32,000 bases of DNA from positions 2,070,001 through 2,102,000 of the forward strand of contig NZ_CP032551.1 of assembly GCF_009734345.1 (NCBI RefSeq), written 5' to 3'. Under the pieces are notes generated by a model. The model did not search any database and was not told the DNA's origin. It saw nothing but the letters and a program-made list of their open reading frames with translations. The stretch comes from Pseudidiomarina andamanensis (lineage in GTDB: Bacteria > Pseudomonadota > Gammaproteobacteria > Enterobacterales > Alteromonadaceae). Positions 30,045 to 32,000 of this stretch are shown here, in pieces (positions within the stretch are counted from its first letter, which is position 1; every line of letters starts with the position of its first letter). The translations under genes were made by a program, and so were the position numbers.

Positions 30045-30062
30045 AGCGAACACGTGTTCACT
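30045..30062. promoter_or_regulatory. FabR-type palindromic operator, desaturase-proximal
   Basis: AGCGAACACGTGTTCACT is a near-perfect palindrome around CACGTG. It matches the E. coli fabB FabR site AGCGTACACGTGTTAGCT (from memory) at 15 of 18 positions. It lies 44 nt upstream of the desaturase ATG. Confidence 0.7.
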
Positions 30063-30105
30063 GAACGCGAGCGATTTTCATTTTAGTTTTTAAGTTGGTT
30101 AATTT

Positions 30106-31272
30106 ATGTCGTCAGATCCTGTTTCAGCAGCCGCTGAAAAACCCCCAATTATTTGGCTTAACCTCAGTGTCTTTGCCATTACCTTTTTAGTGACTGTTAT
30201 TGGCGTACCATGGTACGGCTTAACGCACGGTTTTTCGGCAGGCCTTATTGCTGGATTAATCGGTACCATTGTATTCGCTGGTATTTCAATTACCGCGGGT
30301 TACCATCGCCTTTGGGCGCACCGTGCTTATGATGCACATTGGTCGCTACGCATTTTATTTGCGCTTGGTGGTGCCTTAGCCGTTCAAAACAGCGCCTTGC
30401 ATTGGTCATCCGATCATCGTGAACACCACAAGCATGTGGATGATAACGACAAAGACCCATACTCAGCGAAGCGTGGCTTTTGGTACTCGCACATCGGTTG
30501 GATGTTGCGTGAATATCAGGCTTCCCGATACAGCAACTATGACAATGCAAAAGACTTACAGAATGATCCGATTGTTATGTGGCAGCACCGCAATTATCTG
30601 TTGTTAACGCTGGTAACTTCTATCGGTTGGCCAATTGCATTAGGTGTTATGCTTGGTGATGTCTGGGGCGCAATTATCTTAGTTGGCTTCGCACGCTTGG
30701 TGATTAATCACCACACCACGTTCTTCATTAACTCATTAGCGCACATTTGGGGTAAGCAAACCTATACTGATCGCAACACAGCTCGCGACAACGGTGTGTT
30801 GGCGCTGCTGACATTTGGTGAGGGCTATCATAACTACCACCATATCTTTTCGGCCGATTACCGTAACGGGATTCGTTGGTGGCATTTTGACCCAACCAAA
30901 TGGTTGATTCGTGCGTGTTCATGGGTAGGGCTTACCAGCAACCTGAAACGTACAAATGGCTATCAAGTTGAAAAAGCTCGTCTAGAGATGCAGTTTAAAA
31001 AAGCGACGGCAAAAGCGCAGTTGTCTTGCGAAACAACCATGGCCAAATTACATGATGAATTTGATGTGATGGTGGCGAAATTACGTGAATATTATCAAGT
31101 ACGTAAGCAACTACTTGATACAAAAGCAAAAGCGATGGCTGACAGCATGCACATGCCAACCTTAGCGGAGCTACAGGCGAAAGCTGATATTATGCGTATT
31201 GCCTTCAATACACATAAGCAAGAGTTTCAAGAGCTATTACAGCGTACGTTGCGTGCGCCGCAAGCCGCGTAA
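30106..31272 (+). CDS. Membrane acyl-CoA/acyl-lipid delta-9-type fatty acid desaturase
   Basis: The three His boxes of membrane desaturases are present: HRLWAH, HREHHKH and HNYHH. It has four N-terminal TM segments and a ~100-aa C-terminal coiled-coil-like tail. Confidence 0.92.
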   Translation: MSSDPVSAAAEKPPIIWLNLSVFAITFLVTVIGVPWYGLTHGFSAGLIAGLIGTIVFAGISITAGYHRLWAHRAYDAHWSLRILFALGGALAVQNSALHWSSDHREHHKHVDDNDKDPYSAKRGFWYSHIGWMLREYQASRYSNYDNAKDLQNDPIVMWQHRNYLLLTLVTSIGWPIALGVMLGDVWGAIILVGFARLVINHHTTFFINSLAHIWGKQTYTDRNTARDNGVLALLTFGEGYHNYHHIFSADYRNGIRWWHFDPTKWLIRACSWVGLTSNLKRTNGYQVEKARLEMQFKKATAKAQLSCETTMAKLHDEFDVMVAKLREYYQVRKQLLDTKAKAMADSMHMPTLAELQAKADIMRIAFNTHKQEFQELLQRTLRAPQAA

Positions 31273-31287
31273 ACTGACTGACGAAAG

Positions 31288-31316
31288 AAAAAGCCGACCA
31301 TGTGGTCGGCTTTTTT
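31288..31316. terminator. Bidirectional intrinsic terminator between the desaturase gene and tex
   Basis: AAAAA-GCCGACCA-TG-TGGTCGGC-TTTTTT. The stem spans 31293-31310. Confidence 0.75.
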
Positions 31317-31332
31317 GTGGGCGTTTCTACCG

Positions 31333-32000
31333 TTATTTCTTCGCTTTTGCGAATGCTTCGGCAAGAGCGGACCCCATCGCCGAGTTCATTGCTGGCTGAG
31401 CCGCCGGTTTCGGGCGTGATTGGCCACCAGCGCCACGCGGCTTGTTGCTTTGTGGTTTGGCTTGGCTTGATTGGTTTGATGCTACAGCAGTTGGCTCGTC
31501 GGTTAGGCGCATGGTTAAACTAATACGTTTACGCGGAACATCCACTTCCAGCACTTTCACCTTCACAATATCACCGGCTTTCACGATTTCGCGAGGGTCA
31601 CTCACGAACTTGTCGGATAACGCCGACACATGCACTAAACCATCCTGATGCACACCAATATCAACGAAGGCACCAAAGGCGGCAACGTTACTCACAACAC
31701 CCTCAAGCGTCATACCCGGTTTCAGATCTTTAATGTCGTCCACGCCATCTTTAAAGCTAGCTGTTTTAAATTCAGGACGAGGGTCTCGGCCTGGTTTATC
31801 TAACTCGCGCAAAATATCCTGTACCGTCGGTAAACCAAAGGTTTCATCGGTGAAGTCTTTGGCGTTAATTTGTTTTAAAAACGCGGTGTCACCAATGATA
31901 TCGGCCACTTGTTTCTGGCTATGTGCAGCTATGCGCTCAACCACCGGGTACGCTTCTGGGTGAACCGCTGAACTATCGAGTGGTTGTTCACCATTCATAA
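31333..32000 (-). CDS. tex: Tex/YhgF transcription accessory protein, C-terminal part (5' end lies right of the window)
   Basis: The open frame runs to the window edge. It has an HhH region ([19 protein letters not shown]) and an S1 domain ([38 protein letters not shown]...[20 protein letters not shown]), followed by a basic low-complexity tail. Confidence 0.92.
   Translation of the reverse strand, partial: MNGEQPLDSSAVHPEAYPVVERIAAHSQKQVADIIGDTAFLKQINAKDFTDETFGLPTVQDILRELDKPGRDPRPEFKTASFKDGVDDIKDLKPGMTLEGVVSNVAAFGAFVDIGVHQDGLVHVSALSDKFVSDPREIVKAGDIVKVKVLEVDVPRKRISLTMRLTDEPTAVASNQSSQAKPQSNKPRGAGGQSRPKPAAQPAMNSAMGSALAEAFAKAKK

Overview
This 32-kb window is a densely coded segment with about 30 CDS. 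It looks like core chromosome of a gammaproteobacterium. The proteins are very close to E. coli Tdh, Kbl, LexA, FabR, GlpE, GlpG, PckA and CoaD, and the cytochrome oxidase cluster follows the Pseudomonas-type gene order. A marine Alteromonadales-like origin is only my guess.

Gene content, left to right:
- The 3' part of a DUF4397 repeat protein.
- dinF (MATE efflux) and a CE4 polysaccharide deacetylase.
- A complete aa3-type cytochrome c oxidase structural and biogenesis cluster on the minus strand: coxB, coxA, cox11, coxC, then a small DUF2909-like gene on the opposite strand, then surf1, an uncharacterised CxxxC protein, ctaA, cyoE/ctaB and sco.
- lexA-sulA with two SOS boxes, divergent from plsB.
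- A co-directional minus-strand run: kbl, tdh, glpE, glpG, ubiC, ubiA.
- coaD, an SNF-family Na+ symporter and pckA.
- An S9 peptidase followed by a GGDEF diguanylate cyclase.
- An SLC13/TrkA-C permease.
- fabR divergent from a membrane acyl desaturase, with two FabR-type palindromes between them.
- The 3' end of tex.

I recognised no rRNA, tRNA, CRISPR array, transposase, integrase, phage gene or known defence gene. By eye there is no compositional island.

I do not see a convincing novel multi-gene system here; the region looks ordinary. The most useful leads are:
- The uncharacterised membrane-anchored CxxxC protein and the antisense DUF2909-like gene inside the cox cluster.
- The mirrored FabR operators controlling a desaturase.
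- Several unusually tight gene overlaps: a head-to-head start-codon overlap, and convergent 3' overlaps, one with an embedded terminator hairpin.

All annotations come from reading the translations and recalling family motifs. No database search was run.
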